Part shown: positions 25,989 through 38,689 of the stretch, one piece after another
Layout: each line of letters opens with the position of its first letter
Position numbering within the stretch: the first letter of the stretch is position 1
Assembly (NCBI GenBank): GCA_026023565.1
Contig: JAPETS010000031.1
Coordinates: forward strand, 1-64,000
DNA: 64,000 nucleotides
Reading direction: 5' to 3'
Source: Cirrosporium novae-zelandiae
Lineage: Eukaryota
Translations under genes and position numbers: made by a program
The notes under the pieces: generated by a model
The model's database searches: none
The model's input: the letters and a program-made list of their open reading frames with translations, nothing else
Told to the model about the DNA's origin: nothing

Positions 25989-28867
25989 TTAAGCCCTCCA
26001 CCCCTGCACCAGCCCATGCAACCGATCAATCATGGCAGGGAAAATAGCATTTACACTGTCTTCAATCAATGCGTCAAAATGTCTCATAGCCTCCTCCTCG
26101 CTCATCTCCAAATGGAACCTCTCCTGAACCTTTAATACTGCTTTATCAGGCTCCCACCTGATATCCGGGATATTCGCATCCGTCATCAGCGAAAACAAGT
26201 TTAAGATAAGATTGCTGCTTTTTCGGAGGGTCGTATACGCCGTGAAGCAGAACTGCTTGAACTGCGCGTACTGCGGGGAAGACGAGGAGCCCATGCCCTC
26301 GACCATTTCCTTGCAGAGTTTCATTAGCGGTGCGAAGGGTTTTGGGTCACGGCCTAGGATGAAGCCGAAGTCTGCGTGGAAGAAGTGACCGTCGGGAGCG
26401 AGGAGGAGATTGTCGAGGTGACGATCCCCTACGCCTAGGATGTATGTGATGACGCAGTAGCCGGCACAGGATTTGATGTATGTGTCCATTGCTTCCTTGC
26501 GGACGCCGAGAGGTGCGCGCTCATCGGGATTATTGGCTCGAAGGTAAGCTAGGATGCTACCTCTATATTTTGCGGAGGCGGCAGAGAGGGAAAGAGATGG
26601 GACAAATTGTACTGCTCCTGCAAGTGGGGAGGTCGCGAGCGTACGGTAGGGGCTGAGTTTTAGGTCCAAGTTTTCTTGGATGAGGAGACGGTCCATGAGT
26701 GTGATGATCTGGATGACGAGCTGATCTTGGCGGAGATCGTCACCGGTTTTGAAGATGACAGGATATTTGGTTCCAGAGATGGTTTTGAAGTTGATGAGGA
26801 GGGGGAGAAGTGAAGATTTGAAGACGTTGGAGTCCTCGGGGAACACTCCGATAATGGAGACTGAGGGGTCGAGAGGAAGAGGAAGAGGTGAGTCAATATG
26901 AATTAGTTCATTTTTTGGGTCTGCAAGGAGCTTCTTCAGACGCTCGATTTTACGAGGCCGGTCGTCACGACTGAAGCGGATGTCCTTGGAGATTTTGGAT
27001 AGAATGGTGATGAGTTCACCTTGACGGAGAAGAGTTTTGCGCATGTCAGAGCCACCGGGTTTCTTCATCAACTCGGTCATGAAGTCGTATTCGACGCGCG
27101 CGAAAAGCTTACGATGCTCTTTTTTCTGGTCTGGGGATGTATCATCGCATTCAACCATTAGGTACCAGTGGAGGTAATTTCCGAGCTTGAAATTTTCGGT
27201 TGCACGGGAGACAAGGAACTTGGCTAAGGAGGAGTCTTGTGTGTCGGGACCTTCAGAAGTCATATGTTCAAACTTGAGCGCTTGAACAAGTTGAAGAAGG
27301 TAGAGCAGAAGATCTTCATCGTCAGTTCTTCGTAGACGGTCGACAGCATAGGCACGCACGGCCTGATTGTCAAAGGTTGGGCCAAGCAGCTCTAGGGCAT
27401 CATCAACGCTGATTTCAGTCCATTTGGGGAGAAGCTGGACAGCTTGTCGGGCTTCGCTGGGATCCTGCCATGCTACCGATTTAACAAATTTGGTTAAGGC
27501 TCTCTTGTCACGAGTAAGATGATGGCGGAACTTCCAGACGAGATCCTTTTCTTCGGGCTTAAGTTCTTCAGTAGGGCCATATGCCATTATTGCGTTGAGT
27601 TCGTCACGAATCTTAGCGTTAGGCTTGAGGTCACGATCAAGCACACCAGTGCGATGACTTCGGACGAGTCTTCGGTGCTTGCTTTCACACGGATTCTCTT
27701 TCTGATAGACTTCTGGGTCATATATAGTTATTAATGGGTATTTGGAGTCAGAGTCGCTACCATCATCTGCACTAGCACCCGTCTTGATGCCAGGACCTGG
27801 TCGCAGTTCTGGCGGTGGTTTCAAGGTAGCTTTCGGAGATTCTAATGAATGCTGTGATTGATAGAAACTAGGCGTAGGATATTCAAAATCAGAAAAAACC
27901 ACCGGGAAATCGAAGCGGGGTAGATCAATATAAAGTAGGAAGCGTTCCTCGTCGATATCGCTAGCTTCGCTATCCTCATCGCTGCCCTTGCTGGAGGAAC
28001 TTGTCCCTCTTTTCCCATCTTTGTTCTTCTGTCCTTCTACTTGTTTCCGTTGTCTTGCTAAAACAACTTTCCGTCTTGACTCCTCGGCCTTTTGTCTTTG
28101 CTTCTCGATTGCGCGAAAGACCTCTCTGTCAAGCCAATCCACTCTTGGAATTTCCCCCAACTCATGTTTTTTCAGTAATTTCTCTAACCTTCCTAGTTCT
28201 GTCTCCTCGGGAGTAATCTCCCGACCCTTTTTGGAACTTCGCCGTTTTAGGGGTGGTGTAGCTGGTGTTTTTGTTGATGAAAGACCATCGGCGGCTCTGT
28301 TATTATATACTCGACATTTTTGACGGCCTTTGTGGAGAGAGTTATCCCTATCAAAAAGGGGAAAAGTGGTGCCCCCAAAGGGTATGCGATGGCTAGAATC
28401 TCCATTAAAGGGCGAGAGGTCCCATATCGTAAACGCCAATTGGGAATTAAGAGGTAAGTCGCAGATGTTAATGGGCATTCTCAGCCATTCATTCCATACT
28501 CTGCCGGTCTTGAAGGGTTTGTATGCCGTCTGCATAGGCACGGTAAGCTGCTTGGAATCTGCCCATACCGAAACAGTTACGAAGAGATCGGACCAAGTGC
28601 TTTGGTTGGAACCAAGGTGTTTCAATTCTGGATTCTGGTATAATTTCGAGTATGGAATCTTCTTCTGATGCCCCTCAAGACTCCCACTGAATGATAGTTA
28701 GCACTTTCTGGCTCTAGTTGTCACAGAATTGTTTTTGAAAGCTTACATTCTCACCCACAGAGGGAACTTGACATGGCTTGATTTGGCGAATGAAGATGGC
28801 TCCGTTGCTTCTTCCTTCTAAAAGTTAGTCTAGTATCCTATGACTACTCAAAGAGCTGCCTGACCAT
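25989..28867 (-). CDS. VPS34: Class III phosphatidylinositol 3-kinase; probable exons 28867-28865, 28817-28747, 28686-25989
   Basis: C2, helical and kinase domains: FKTGDDLRQDQL, GVGDRHLDN, HADFGFILG. 5' exons reconstructed from GT-AG introns. Confidence 0.96.
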
Positions 28868-29543
28868 CTTGTAATGTACCTCCTAGGGTATAGTATCCCC
28901 GCCCGTACGAGGTTTGCGGTTGTAATAATTATCTCTAGCTATTCATTCAGCTATAGAGAGAGGGGCTTCACTTGGTTTATGTTGTGCTGTGGTACTGTGT
29001 ACCTTACTTTGTATAGACGGGAGTTTAGATAAATGACGGCATATCGCATTGTTGTATCTTATTAAGGTTGGTACCGTGATACCGGAAATACTTTACTAAA
29101 AGTACATTTGGTGTCAAACGGCTCTCTTATCCCCCCAATGGTCCTCCCAATGCCCCCCCAAATGCCCCCCCCCCCCGCACGAACCACCGCGTCAAGTCGC
29201 GCTAAAGATACACTTCAATTCAACCCTTCCTATCTAGAACGCCTTCCCACGTCTCCCTCCCTGAAATCAATCAGCCTTGCCTCAGCACCAAATCTTTCTA
29301 TCATCTTTTTTATCTAGATTAAACTAAAACGTTAAACGAATGCGATCCTAATAGATGACCTCTGTCGTACCACTTCATACATCCTACCTTCGATTGCCGC
29401 AGTGAATAAACGAATCGCAAACTTTGGGCACCAAGGCGATCTTTCGACGGAGCAAACGTAAAGAAATTTTAAGACGAAATTATTGTATTCAGTCAACCTG
29501 CGCGTATAGATCTCCGGCAACCTTTGCCCTCCATCACTTAATC

Positions 29544-31150
29544 ATGGCCCGACTAGCAACGGCGCTTTCCCCAAATTCTCAAAATTCCGACTTGTTATCC
29601 GGCGACCCACTGTCGGAAAGGCAACGCAGCCTTCTCAACACTCCCACCTCAATCCCAATGATATCCCAAGAGCCCGACTCATCAGACAAAGAAAATAGAT
29701 ATTCGCGACAAGCAAAAGGCAAAGGCCGCGAAAAGAGGATGGCTCCTTTACAGACCCAGGATACACCCATTACACCAGATTCCGATGGCGAAGCCCACCA
29801 CAATCCCAATAAGCGGAGGAAGGTTGGTCGCAACGGTGATCTTATGCAGTCCCAAATTGCTCATGAAAGGGCTCTTATTGAGGCTGCGGATAAAAACCTC
29901 TATGACCCTGATCAAAAGATGGAAGAACGTCGGGCTGTTAGAAAAGGCCTTCGAGACCTACTCCAAGATGTGACTGGTACCTTACCTCACCATAATCTGT
30001 ATAATTATCGCACCGCTAACAATCCCTTGGCATAGATTCGAAAGCCGAATATCTAGCTTCTGGTCCAGAGAAATTCCTAGATACTTTACACAAATCGAAC
30101 GATCTGTTCGCGGGGGTTAAGCAGACGTCTGATGCTACTATAGATTCGCGAGTCTTGAATGAACTTGGAGATAGAGGTGTTAAAATCCTGACAATTACGG
30201 CACTGGGCGACAAATCACGAATGGTTGATATTGATGAGTTTGTGTCAAAATGTATCACGTTCATGCAATTAGGAGGCAATGTTGGTCACAATGAGCCATC
30301 TTCCTCAGCGGATGTTGGTACCCAAAGTACGCAAAGAAGGCAAAAGCGCGCCAGATGCAGAACTACTGGCGTGGATTTCGAAGACGACGATGACGAAGCA
30401 TTGGATTGGGATATTCTGGGGCGCGAAGCATGCTTTCCTTCTAACAAGCGGCCTCCTGTCCCGGGTTTTCTTCTTGGGCCTCTCTCGGTGCAAAAGAAGA
30501 TCCGGAGAGCTACTCAGCGCGTAGTCCGTTCTCAACGGCAAACCCAACCAGAAGTCCGTCCGGAGGAGGTAAAACCTCAGGATATACAACAATCAGAGAA
30601 CTCAAGTCTGACGAAAATGTGTACTGGTATTAGAATACTTCTAGGGAAAGTTGAACGAGAACGTATGGAAAAGGCAGAGGGAGAATTTGAAGAAGCTGAA
30701 GATGGAAAGGGGGAGGAGCTTTCATCTGAAGAACAGCAACAGATTTTGGACCGGAATCATGTTACAGAGACTGGTGCTATTCCATTCTTTCCATTTGTCA
30801 TCAACCCAAAATCGTTTGGCCAGACAGTTGAGAACCTCTTCTACGTTAGTTTCCTTATCCGGGACGGCTTGGCCGCTGTTGGGGAGGATAGACACGGTCT
30901 CCCAACTCTCCGTAAGTTTAACAGTCAGAGCCTTAGACGATATTGGACTGACTTGATTATAGAAGCCTCAAAGCCCGAAAGTGTAGGTAAACTTAAAGAA
31001 AAAGGTATCAAGAAGCATCAAGCTGTCTTCTGCCTGGATTGGCCCACCTGGGAAGGCCTCATTGATGCATTCAGCATCAGGGAATCTACAATTCCTCATA
31101 GGCAGGAGGACGAAGCACCCACGAATGGGGCAAGAGGATGGCATAATTGA
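29544..31150 (+). CDS. NSE4: Smc5/6 complex kleisin subunit Nse4; introns 29977-30035 and 30912-30962
   Basis: YDPDQKMEERRAVRKGLRDL, VKQTSDATIDSR, FLLGPLSVQKK and FVINPKSFGQTVENLFYVSFLIRDG (Nse4 C-terminal motif). Confidence 0.9.
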
Positions 31151-31822
31151 TCGGAACATGGATTGCATAGACTTGATTAAGCTCACGTGAATATGAGATT
31201 ATATGGGATAGGGACTGTACAATAGATATATGGAGGAAGACGTGGATGGGATCTCCTTTTCTCTTCTGTGATTGTATTACTTCAAGATCGACACTCAAAA
31301 GCGTTCATATACCCCGTGTTTCTTTTGTGATATCTGGATGCAAGGTTTGCTTTCACTAGTTTGAAAAGGAGTTAAGGTGGATCCAAGGGCTGGGCTAGAA
31401 AGGCAATGCTGTATTTCATGCTACCTACATGTTGGTAGCTATGTTTAAATAGAGAGCAATGTATGTTTATTTATGGTGGTCGTTATAATAATGCTACTTA
31501 TACCTCTTATGCCTCTGATGCAACTGAATATCACGTGAAGACCTTGTCGTCCCCGGATTTTCGTTAATATAGTTACGGTAATGCATACCAACATCCGACG
31601 TAGTCCGAGAGCTCCAACTTTCTCCGAAAATATCAAGCTATTAAGTCACTTTGAACCTTTTATCAACTACCCTACTCAACTTTTACCCCTCCACTCATCC
31701 TTAAATGTCGTTTGGATGCATTGAGCTTTCTAATAAGCACTCTACTTGGTTACTACGTTACGTCATGTCGAAGCGACTTCTTCACGCATGAATCAAGCAG
31801 AGAGGCACATCTTCTATTTGGT

Positions 31823-34800
31823 ATGCCCCCAAAAGCCTCTATTGTTCCTTCAAGGGACACTCTTAGGGTTCTCCGTCATCTTGCTCTCGCAGGCTCTGCT
31901 ATAGGAGCTTTCGGTGGAACTGCCGTCCTTTCTGCCGATATATATTGTCGAATACGTCTCGCCGAGCAAGTACTCGAAAATGCCAAAATATTGAAGGCAT
32001 GCCAATGCCGCAAATACCATTCAGATGCCGATGCATCAAACTCGAAAAAGAAAGAATCAAATTCACATTGGAGTCCATATTCTATATACCCCGAATCAAA
32101 CGTTATCGGAGATGGCATAGATGTCCTCCCCTCGACTGTTGAGAAAGCATATGCAAGTATAAAGGGGGAAAGGTCGCGGAGATTACCAACACTTGATTCT
32201 GTTGAGAATGGAGCCGATACATCAACAACCAAAAGGCCCCGGGTCCTTGATGCTGAATCTTCAGACCACACAGTGCAACCCTTTTCATCATCCGACGGCA
32301 AATCCCCAAATAATAAGTCCTCTCTACCACTTCAACGTACCTGGAGTCCACCGTACTACAACCCTTTACTCATTCGCGATTCCTCAATTCCGCCACACCT
32401 CGAGGCAAGATTCGACGATGAGGGGAATATACTCCTAGAACGACGTTGGAAAATCAGCTCATTCGCTGGATCTAAATGCCCTCACGACATGAATCCTATG
32501 CAGGTAATGGAGAAAGCTAGAAATTTATCAGAGCTGTTGCGTAAAAGACCAATGGCTGAATTGGATCCTAGTTGGATCATAGGCCTTCCATCAGCACTGA
32601 TAAGCATCGATCTCCTCAATACCCGAAGACTATTGAAGACACTTTTGCGCTCCGGTAGAATGGATCCGGCACAATTAGGGACCTTCATCCTACATAATTA
32701 TAGAAAGTCTCCGCTGGTTACTGAGATGTGTGCTCGATTCTACTTGGCATACGGTGCTACTTTCGATTTCACTATTCCAAACCAGGATAAAATGCTCGTC
32801 AACATGATGAAAGCCTTCACCAGTAATGGTCACTTTAAGGCTGCCCAAACACTTTTATATAGCTTACCAGGTAACTTGCAAGGCGTCCGAGATGCACGAT
32901 CTATACAAGTCGCCTGTGCTGCGCACTTTCTCAGCGCTCTATTCAAAGCATCGCAAAGCCTTCAGCTTATCAACGGCCACTTTGAGAAAATTAGGGAGTG
33001 GGAAAATGGAACCTTCATGGCTTGTGAACTATTAGTAGTCATGGCACAGGCATCTATCGATAGTGGCAGGTACGCAGAGGTTGAAAAGTATATCCAACTT
33101 GCCAAGACCTATGGCATTGAAGAATCTTTGGGAATGCACATGACCAAGCTATTTTCGTTTGCTGTGCGTGAGAAATGGAACATTGTTGAAAGCGAATTGA
33201 GAGATCTCGGAGTAAACCGAAAAAAAGGCTCCAACAAGAGCGTTCAGATGGGCTTTCATAAAATCCTCGTGGAGTATCGAAACCAACATACTTATCAGGA
33301 GATCTTAGGCTTTTTCCATCGCTCCATCAAGTCACACCAGATTGTTCCTGATCGTCTAATCTCTCAAGAGTTGATTCTTATCCTTGTTGAGAACGGGGAG
33401 CTTGATGGGGTTGAGCAATGGCTCCAGTATATAAAGGACCGAGGATTAGAGAATCCGATGACTATTCTTTTTGTCGACCGCCTGATTAGACGCTTCTCGA
33501 GTAATAATTCAGTCACCGACACTAGTCTCGAAAAGCTTTCTTACTTTTTCTCATATGGATTCAGCGAGGACAATGATAGTGCTCGCTCCTACATTGCTGA
33601 GAAATTCAAAGAGCACGCTGCCAGAAGGAAGCTTTCCAAGTCACTGTCACCCACGCAAAGGCGTAAACTCACGGCCGTGAAGGTAAAGAAAAAGTATAAC
33701 CGCCTTCGTTATAGAATGACACCTCCAGATCTTATTTTAAGAAGGATACTCACGGCAATGGCTAATAATCGCCCTGGCAAGGCCGTGAAGGCTTTCAAAC
33801 GGGCGAAGAACCGTAACATGAAATTAACTGGTGACCATCTCGAATTTGCCGTTCGCGCCAGTCTGAGATATAGGCAGGATATTGAAGAATCTATTCAGCT
33901 CATCACAGAAGCACGCAACGTGGGAATTCCTTCTGATACAGCAATAATAGCGTTGCTCGTTCGTACGGTGAATAATGCTATCCGTCGTAGCTCATATAGC
34001 CAGCAATTGCGGGAAGACGCGCGGAATAAGATCTTCAAGCTCTATGAATTCCTAGCTCAACATGACCTCCCAATCAAACACTACGTTGTGGTCTCTATTG
34101 CGGCAAGGTACATAGCGCAGAAACGAAAGGGCGCCGCCGCTATCGGAATTCTAGCGGACATTGCAAATTCCAAGTGGGCAAACGATAGTTTTTTTTCCAT
34201 TGAGACTTTGACCGTCTTTATCAAAGGCTATGCCATTATTGGTGACTTGGAGGGGTTGCAATGGACCTTGAAAATGGTGGATAGACAAAAGCTGAAAGTC
34301 GACAAAGTTTTCTATGAGACACTAAGGTACGCGAAGTATCCATTATTGGTCACACGCAGACGCTCTCTCCAGGCTCGGGGCCTTGACCACATGGTCGACG
34401 AGGACCAAATGAAGGCGATGAACATAATGGAGACATGGAAAGAAAATATAAGGACAAGGTATCTAGCAGATAGCCAGGAGGAATTCTCTCGGGGCAAAGC
34501 TATTGCTCGCTTTGCGATGAAATTTATCGAACCAGAGAAGCTTGAACCGATGGTATGTGGAAAACTTGAACAGGCGGGAACTGGATTATGGCTGAAACGC
34601 GAGATAGAAGGAGATACCATGGATGATATACAAAAATACCAATCGTTCCCTGCCATTGATTCGAAGGGTCAGCAGAGTTCTCAGGTTCAGGCGTCCATCT
34701 CGCATTCATTCGAAGTCGGAACACAACCCTATCTCCAAACCCAAGCTCAACTCCAGCCCCAGTCCCAGTCCCAGCCCCAACCCCAAACTTCAATTACTGC

Positions 34801-35311
34801 CCGAACACCATCAAACCCAAGAAATGCTATGTCCCCTATCGATTCCACCACCACCGGAATCCAAGCGGGACCCATCTACCCTGAGGCCGGCAAGCCAGAC
34901 CCTCTGGCAGCCACGACCTTGGAACTTGAACCCCAATACAACAACCCTAAAAATGAGGACGTTGAGTTCAAGTCCGAATCAAATGATAACAGCACAACAA
35001 TCAAAGTTGAAACTACTGAACACCTACAGGAGATGACCCAAAGCCTCGAGACAACACCAACAAAGATTAAGTCCCAGACAGGAGATGATATAATGAGCAA
35101 AATTTCCGGCTATAAATTTTATCGTGCTACGGCTGTGCAGGATAAGTCCAATCTAAAACCTTTTAAGAGTCTTCAAACACCACACCATCCTAAAGAGGTA
35201 TTGGGCCTCAACGATGTTTTTATGAAACCGGGTGATCCTAAATTAAAGAACACAATCTATGATTTAAAAGATGTAAGTGATGTCTGGTTTGAATCGGAAA
35301 ATCATGTTTGA
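31823..35311 (+). CDS. Large helical-repeat, probably pentatricopeptide-repeat-like mitochondrial protein
   Basis: About 1160-aa ORF from the ATG at 31823; N-terminal PSRDTLRVLRHLALAGS; degenerate helical repeats (e.g. ETLTVFIKGYAIIGDLEGLQWTLKMV); Q/P-rich tail. Confidence 0.6.
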   Translation: MPPKASIVPSRDTLRVLRHLALAGSAIGAFGGTAVLSADIYCRIRLAEQVLENAKILKACQCRKYHSDADASNSKKKESNSHWSPYSIYPESNVIGDGIDVLPSTVEKAYASIKGERSRRLPTLDSVENGADTSTTKRPRVLDAESSDHTVQPFSSSDGKSPNNKSSLPLQRTWSPPYYNPLLIRDSSIPPHLEARFDDEGNILLERRWKISSFAGSKCPHDMNPMQVMEKARNLSELLRKRPMAELDPSWIIGLPSALISIDLLNTRRLLKTLLRSGRMDPAQLGTFILHNYRKSPLVTEMCARFYLAYGATFDFTIPNQDKMLVNMMKAFTSNGHFKAAQTLLYSLPGNLQGVRDARSIQVACAAHFLSALFKASQSLQLINGHFEKIREWENGTFMACELLVVMAQASIDSGRYAEVEKYIQLAKTYGIEESLGMHMTKLFSFAVREKWNIVESELRDLGVNRKKGSNKSVQMGFHKILVEYRNQHTYQEILGFFHRSIKSHQIVPDRLISQELILILVENGELDGVEQWLQYIKDRGLENPMTILFVDRLIRRFSSNNSVTDTSLEKLSYFFSYGFSEDNDSARSYIAEKFKEHAARRKLSKSLSPTQRRKLTAVKVKKKYNRLRYRMTPPDLILRRILTAMANNRPGKAVKAFKRAKNRNMKLTGDHLEFAVRASLRYRQDIEESIQLITEARNVGIPSDTAIIALLVRTVNNAIRRSSYSQQLREDARNKIFKLYEFLAQHDLPIKHYVVVSIAARYIAQKRKGAAAIGILADIANSKWANDSFFSIETLTVFIKGYAIIGDLEGLQWTLKMVDRQKLKVDKVFYETLRYAKYPLLVTRRRSLQARGLDHMVDEDQMKAMNIMETWKENIRTRYLADSQEEFSRGKAIARFAMKFIEPEKLEPMVCGKLEQAGTGLWLKREIEGDTMDDIQKYQSFPAIDSKGQQSSQVQASISHSFEVGTQPYLQTQAQLQPQSQSQPQPQTSITARTPSNPRNAMSPIDSTTTGIQAGPIYPEAGKPDPLAATTLELEPQYNNPKNEDVEFKSESNDNSTTIKVETTEHLQEMTQSLETTPTKIKSQTGDDIMSKISGYKFYRATAVQDKSNLKPFKSLQTPHHPKEVLGLNDVFMKPGDPKLKNTIYDLKDVSDVWFESENHV

Positions 35312-35556
35312 TTATGATGAAATAGATGCTGCACCCAACAAACGCGGAACCCGAGTTGACGATACCATGGAATACCTGGGCTCACACGCCATACCGGACC
35401 AAGGGAAAGACTTTCTTGGAGTACAAGAAATATGTGCCGCCTACTCCAGCGTGAGGGGTGATTTGTGTCTTTTGTAATTAACGATGACTATATATAATGT
35501 ATAAATGGATGGGGTTAGTGATAGGGATTCATGTGTGGCCTCAGGCAAGGAAACAA

Positions 35557-35604
35557 GAGGGACAGCAAGAGGGACAGCAAGAGGGACAGGATGAGGGACA
35601 GGAT
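35557..35604. repeat. 12-bp minisatellite (GAGGGACAGCAA/GAGGGACAGGAT) x4
   Basis: Directly visible tandem units. Confidence 0.9.
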
Positions 35605-36489
35605 CTAATTACAATGGGCCATGTATGATCCAACTGGATAGCTAGGTAGTGGTGTAAACGTAGCAATCAGCTCTAGTGATAAGGGTCAAAGTATATGATC
35701 CTACTATTGCCTATTTGGGAATACTTTTACTTTTTTGATTTTGTTCTAGCTAGGTCCGACTTATCTTGTTAGACTTGTCTTTGTTTGTTGGCTTGTTCAA
35801 GTCGTTCTCGACTGTGAACCATGGCAGAATGGAGTGAAGCTAAAAAAAGCCCATGGGGCTGAATCTGAATGGTTAGCGCACAGCCCTGCGTGCCCTTGCG
35901 TGCCTTGCCAACTCGCCAACTCAAGATCGCTTTCAGTCTTTCTTCCTCTCTCAACATCACACGTCACAGTATCATGTCTCCACATATCCAGGCATGCCAT
36001 CCACCCACCTAGCCTGCCAACTTTAATCCTTCTTCTTATTTCCTTAATTCTTTCTCGTGTATTCGAGGTGATTATATAATATTCATCCCAAATATACACA
36101 GTAACACAGTCTTAATTGTAACCTTTTGCACGCCACTCCGTCCTTGGCCCCTCCGTCGCTGACTGCATAATCAACTTCTTCGCCTTTTCTTCCAATCATC
36201 ACAGCCTCAAAAACGGACTGTCCGTATTAATCCTTCGCCTTTTTTAGTTGCTAAGATGTTGGGCTGGAGCTCCGCTAAGGAGCATTAAATAAGCGTATTT
36301 TTGGCTTTTGTCATCTCACTGTTACTTCAGGGAGAATCAGAAATAATCTTCTGTCATTGATTTTCCTTCTAAGAGTAGCATGGACCCTCCATCATCTCTC
36401 CTTTTTACTTTCTAATATCCAATATCCAATATCTTCAGTCCATCAATTCCGCGTTGTTCTTTTTTCCTTCATGGTATATACGTTCGCGC

Positions 36490-38188
36490 ATGAAGTTCCC
36501 AATAATGCATATACATTTAATCTCCCTCGTTATCTCCTACTTTGCTGCACTTGCGTTAACTGCTAATGTCACCGAATGGCGTTCCCGGTCAATCTATCAA
36601 ATCATCACTGATCGTTTTGCTCTCACCGATGGCTCGACAACCGCCTCTTGTGATCCCGCCCTGGGCAAATACTGTGGTGGTACCTGGGCCGGCATCTCAA
36701 ACAATCTTGACTATATCCAAAACATGGGGTTTGATGCTATCTGGATATCCCCGGTGACTGCCCAGGTGGAAAATATGACCAAAGATCTTCAATCATATCA
36801 TGGCTACTGGCAAACAAATCTTTATGAATTGAATCCTCATTTTGGTACTGCAGCAGATTTGAGAATTTTATCCAAGGAATTGCATGCTCGTGACATGTAT
36901 CTCATGGTCGATATCGTCGTAAATGACATGGCATTTGTGGGGGCCCAGGATAATGTTGTTTACTCTACCCTTAAACCTTTTGATAATGAGGAATACTATC
37001 ACTCCCCCTGCTTTGTCGACGACCCTGGGAATATCACAAACGTCGAAGAATGCTGGCTTGGAGATGATATCGTTGCCCTTCCCGATCTTAGAACTGAAGA
37101 TAAGAATGTAGCTCAAGGGTTGTACGAATGGATTTCTGAACTCGTTAGCAATTATTCGATTGACGGTCTCCGCATTGATTCTGCTGCCAACGTCAATCCC
37201 GGGTTTTGGTCTGACTTCAACGACGCTGCAGGCGTTTTCGGAGTTGGTGAAATCTACGACACAAACTATTCAACATTGTGCAAATATCAGGATATTCTTA
37301 CCAGTGTCCTTAACTATCCCACCTATCTGCCAATGACCATGGCGTTTAATGCCACTAATGGAAGCATGAGTGACCTCACACAATCTGTTCTAAACGTTAA
37401 GAGCCACTGCCGGGACTCCACGCTCATGGGCACGTTCTCCGAGAATCATGATGTCCCACGCTTTGCTTCGTACACATCCGACATGACAGTATGTTTTCTT
37501 CTTTTTTTATATAACTACTTTTCATTTAGCTAACACCCACCAGCTTGCGAAAAATATTATTACTTTCACCATTCTCTCTGACGGTATTCCCATTATATAC
37601 CAAGGTCAAGAGCAGCATACGACCGGTCGTTACAATCCTGTCAACCGCGCTGCGCTCTGGCTCTCTAAATATAATGTCACGTCTGAACTCTACGAACACA
37701 TTACAGCCCTCAACAACATCCGCTCACACGCCTTCGCCCACTCGGACAATTATGCCATCTACAAGGCCTATCCCCTTTACAACGATTCTGAAACCATTGT
37801 TCTCCGTAAAGGCTTCGACGGCCAAGCCCTACTCACCGTCCTAACAAACCAAGGTGAAGATGGAGACAAGCATAAAATTATGATTGATGGGACGGGATAT
37901 TCCAGCAACCAAGTCATCATTGAGGTTCTGACATGCACGAATTTCACGACGGAAAATAACGGAAGCTTGGAGGTCACGGTACAGGATGGTGCGCCCATGG
38001 TGTTTTATCCGGCCGAAGAGCTAGACGGATATAGCAGCTGCCAAGGAAATTACACGAAGGCCTCATCGGATGGCCAAACACAAGGTGCACATCATCATAA
38101 AGGAGAAGGAAATGTCAAGATGGCATGGAGCTTGGGAGGTTACATCTGGTGGTTTGCTGCAAGCTTACTGGTACTAACGTGGTTGTAA
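36490..38188 (+). CDS. GH13 alpha-amylase family, secreted and GPI-anchored (Agt/Aah-type 4-alpha-glucanotransferase-like); intron 37489-37543
   Basis: Signal peptide; WRSRSIYQIITDRFA, YCGGTW, YHGYW, GLRIDS, GEIY, FSENHD, DGIPIIYQGQEQH; C-terminal hydrophobic tail YIWWFAASLLVLTWL. Confidence 0.92.
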
Positions 38189-38689
38189 TGAATGAGGGAA
38201 AGGAACCCTCTTCATGAGATTGAGATTCGATTTGTTTGAAGGATATAATAATACCCTAGGTGGCCACCATTGCCATCATGCTCAGTTCTAATTTCTATTG
38301 TTTATTCATGTCTCTATTTTGGAAGAGAAAAAGAAGGTGTACATGTATGTACAGGATGACTAGGTCTACCTACCTAGGTAGCTATTTTTTTTACGCCATG
38401 ATCAAGATTTGACTGTTGGATAGACAAGATGGGTGGATAGATAGAATGCTACGAGGCTACAAATCTCTTTGATAGTTGTATATACAGAAATTGAATGTGT
38501 ATATATCAATCCACAAATATTTTTTTATAGAAACATATAATTAAGAAATTACTACAGTACTACCCAACCAACCCATCTAATATCATTCTCATCTCCAAAC
38601 TACTATATCCTAAAATGGAAATATATCTCCAATCCCACATAACTAACGACATTCTATTCCCACCAACGAGTACAGTTACCTACGTTACC

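Noticed and set aside
31712..31822. TTG-initiated N-terminal extension of the PPR-like ORF
   Set aside because: Eukaryotic gene; the first in-frame ATG at 31823 directly precedes the targeting-like N-terminus.
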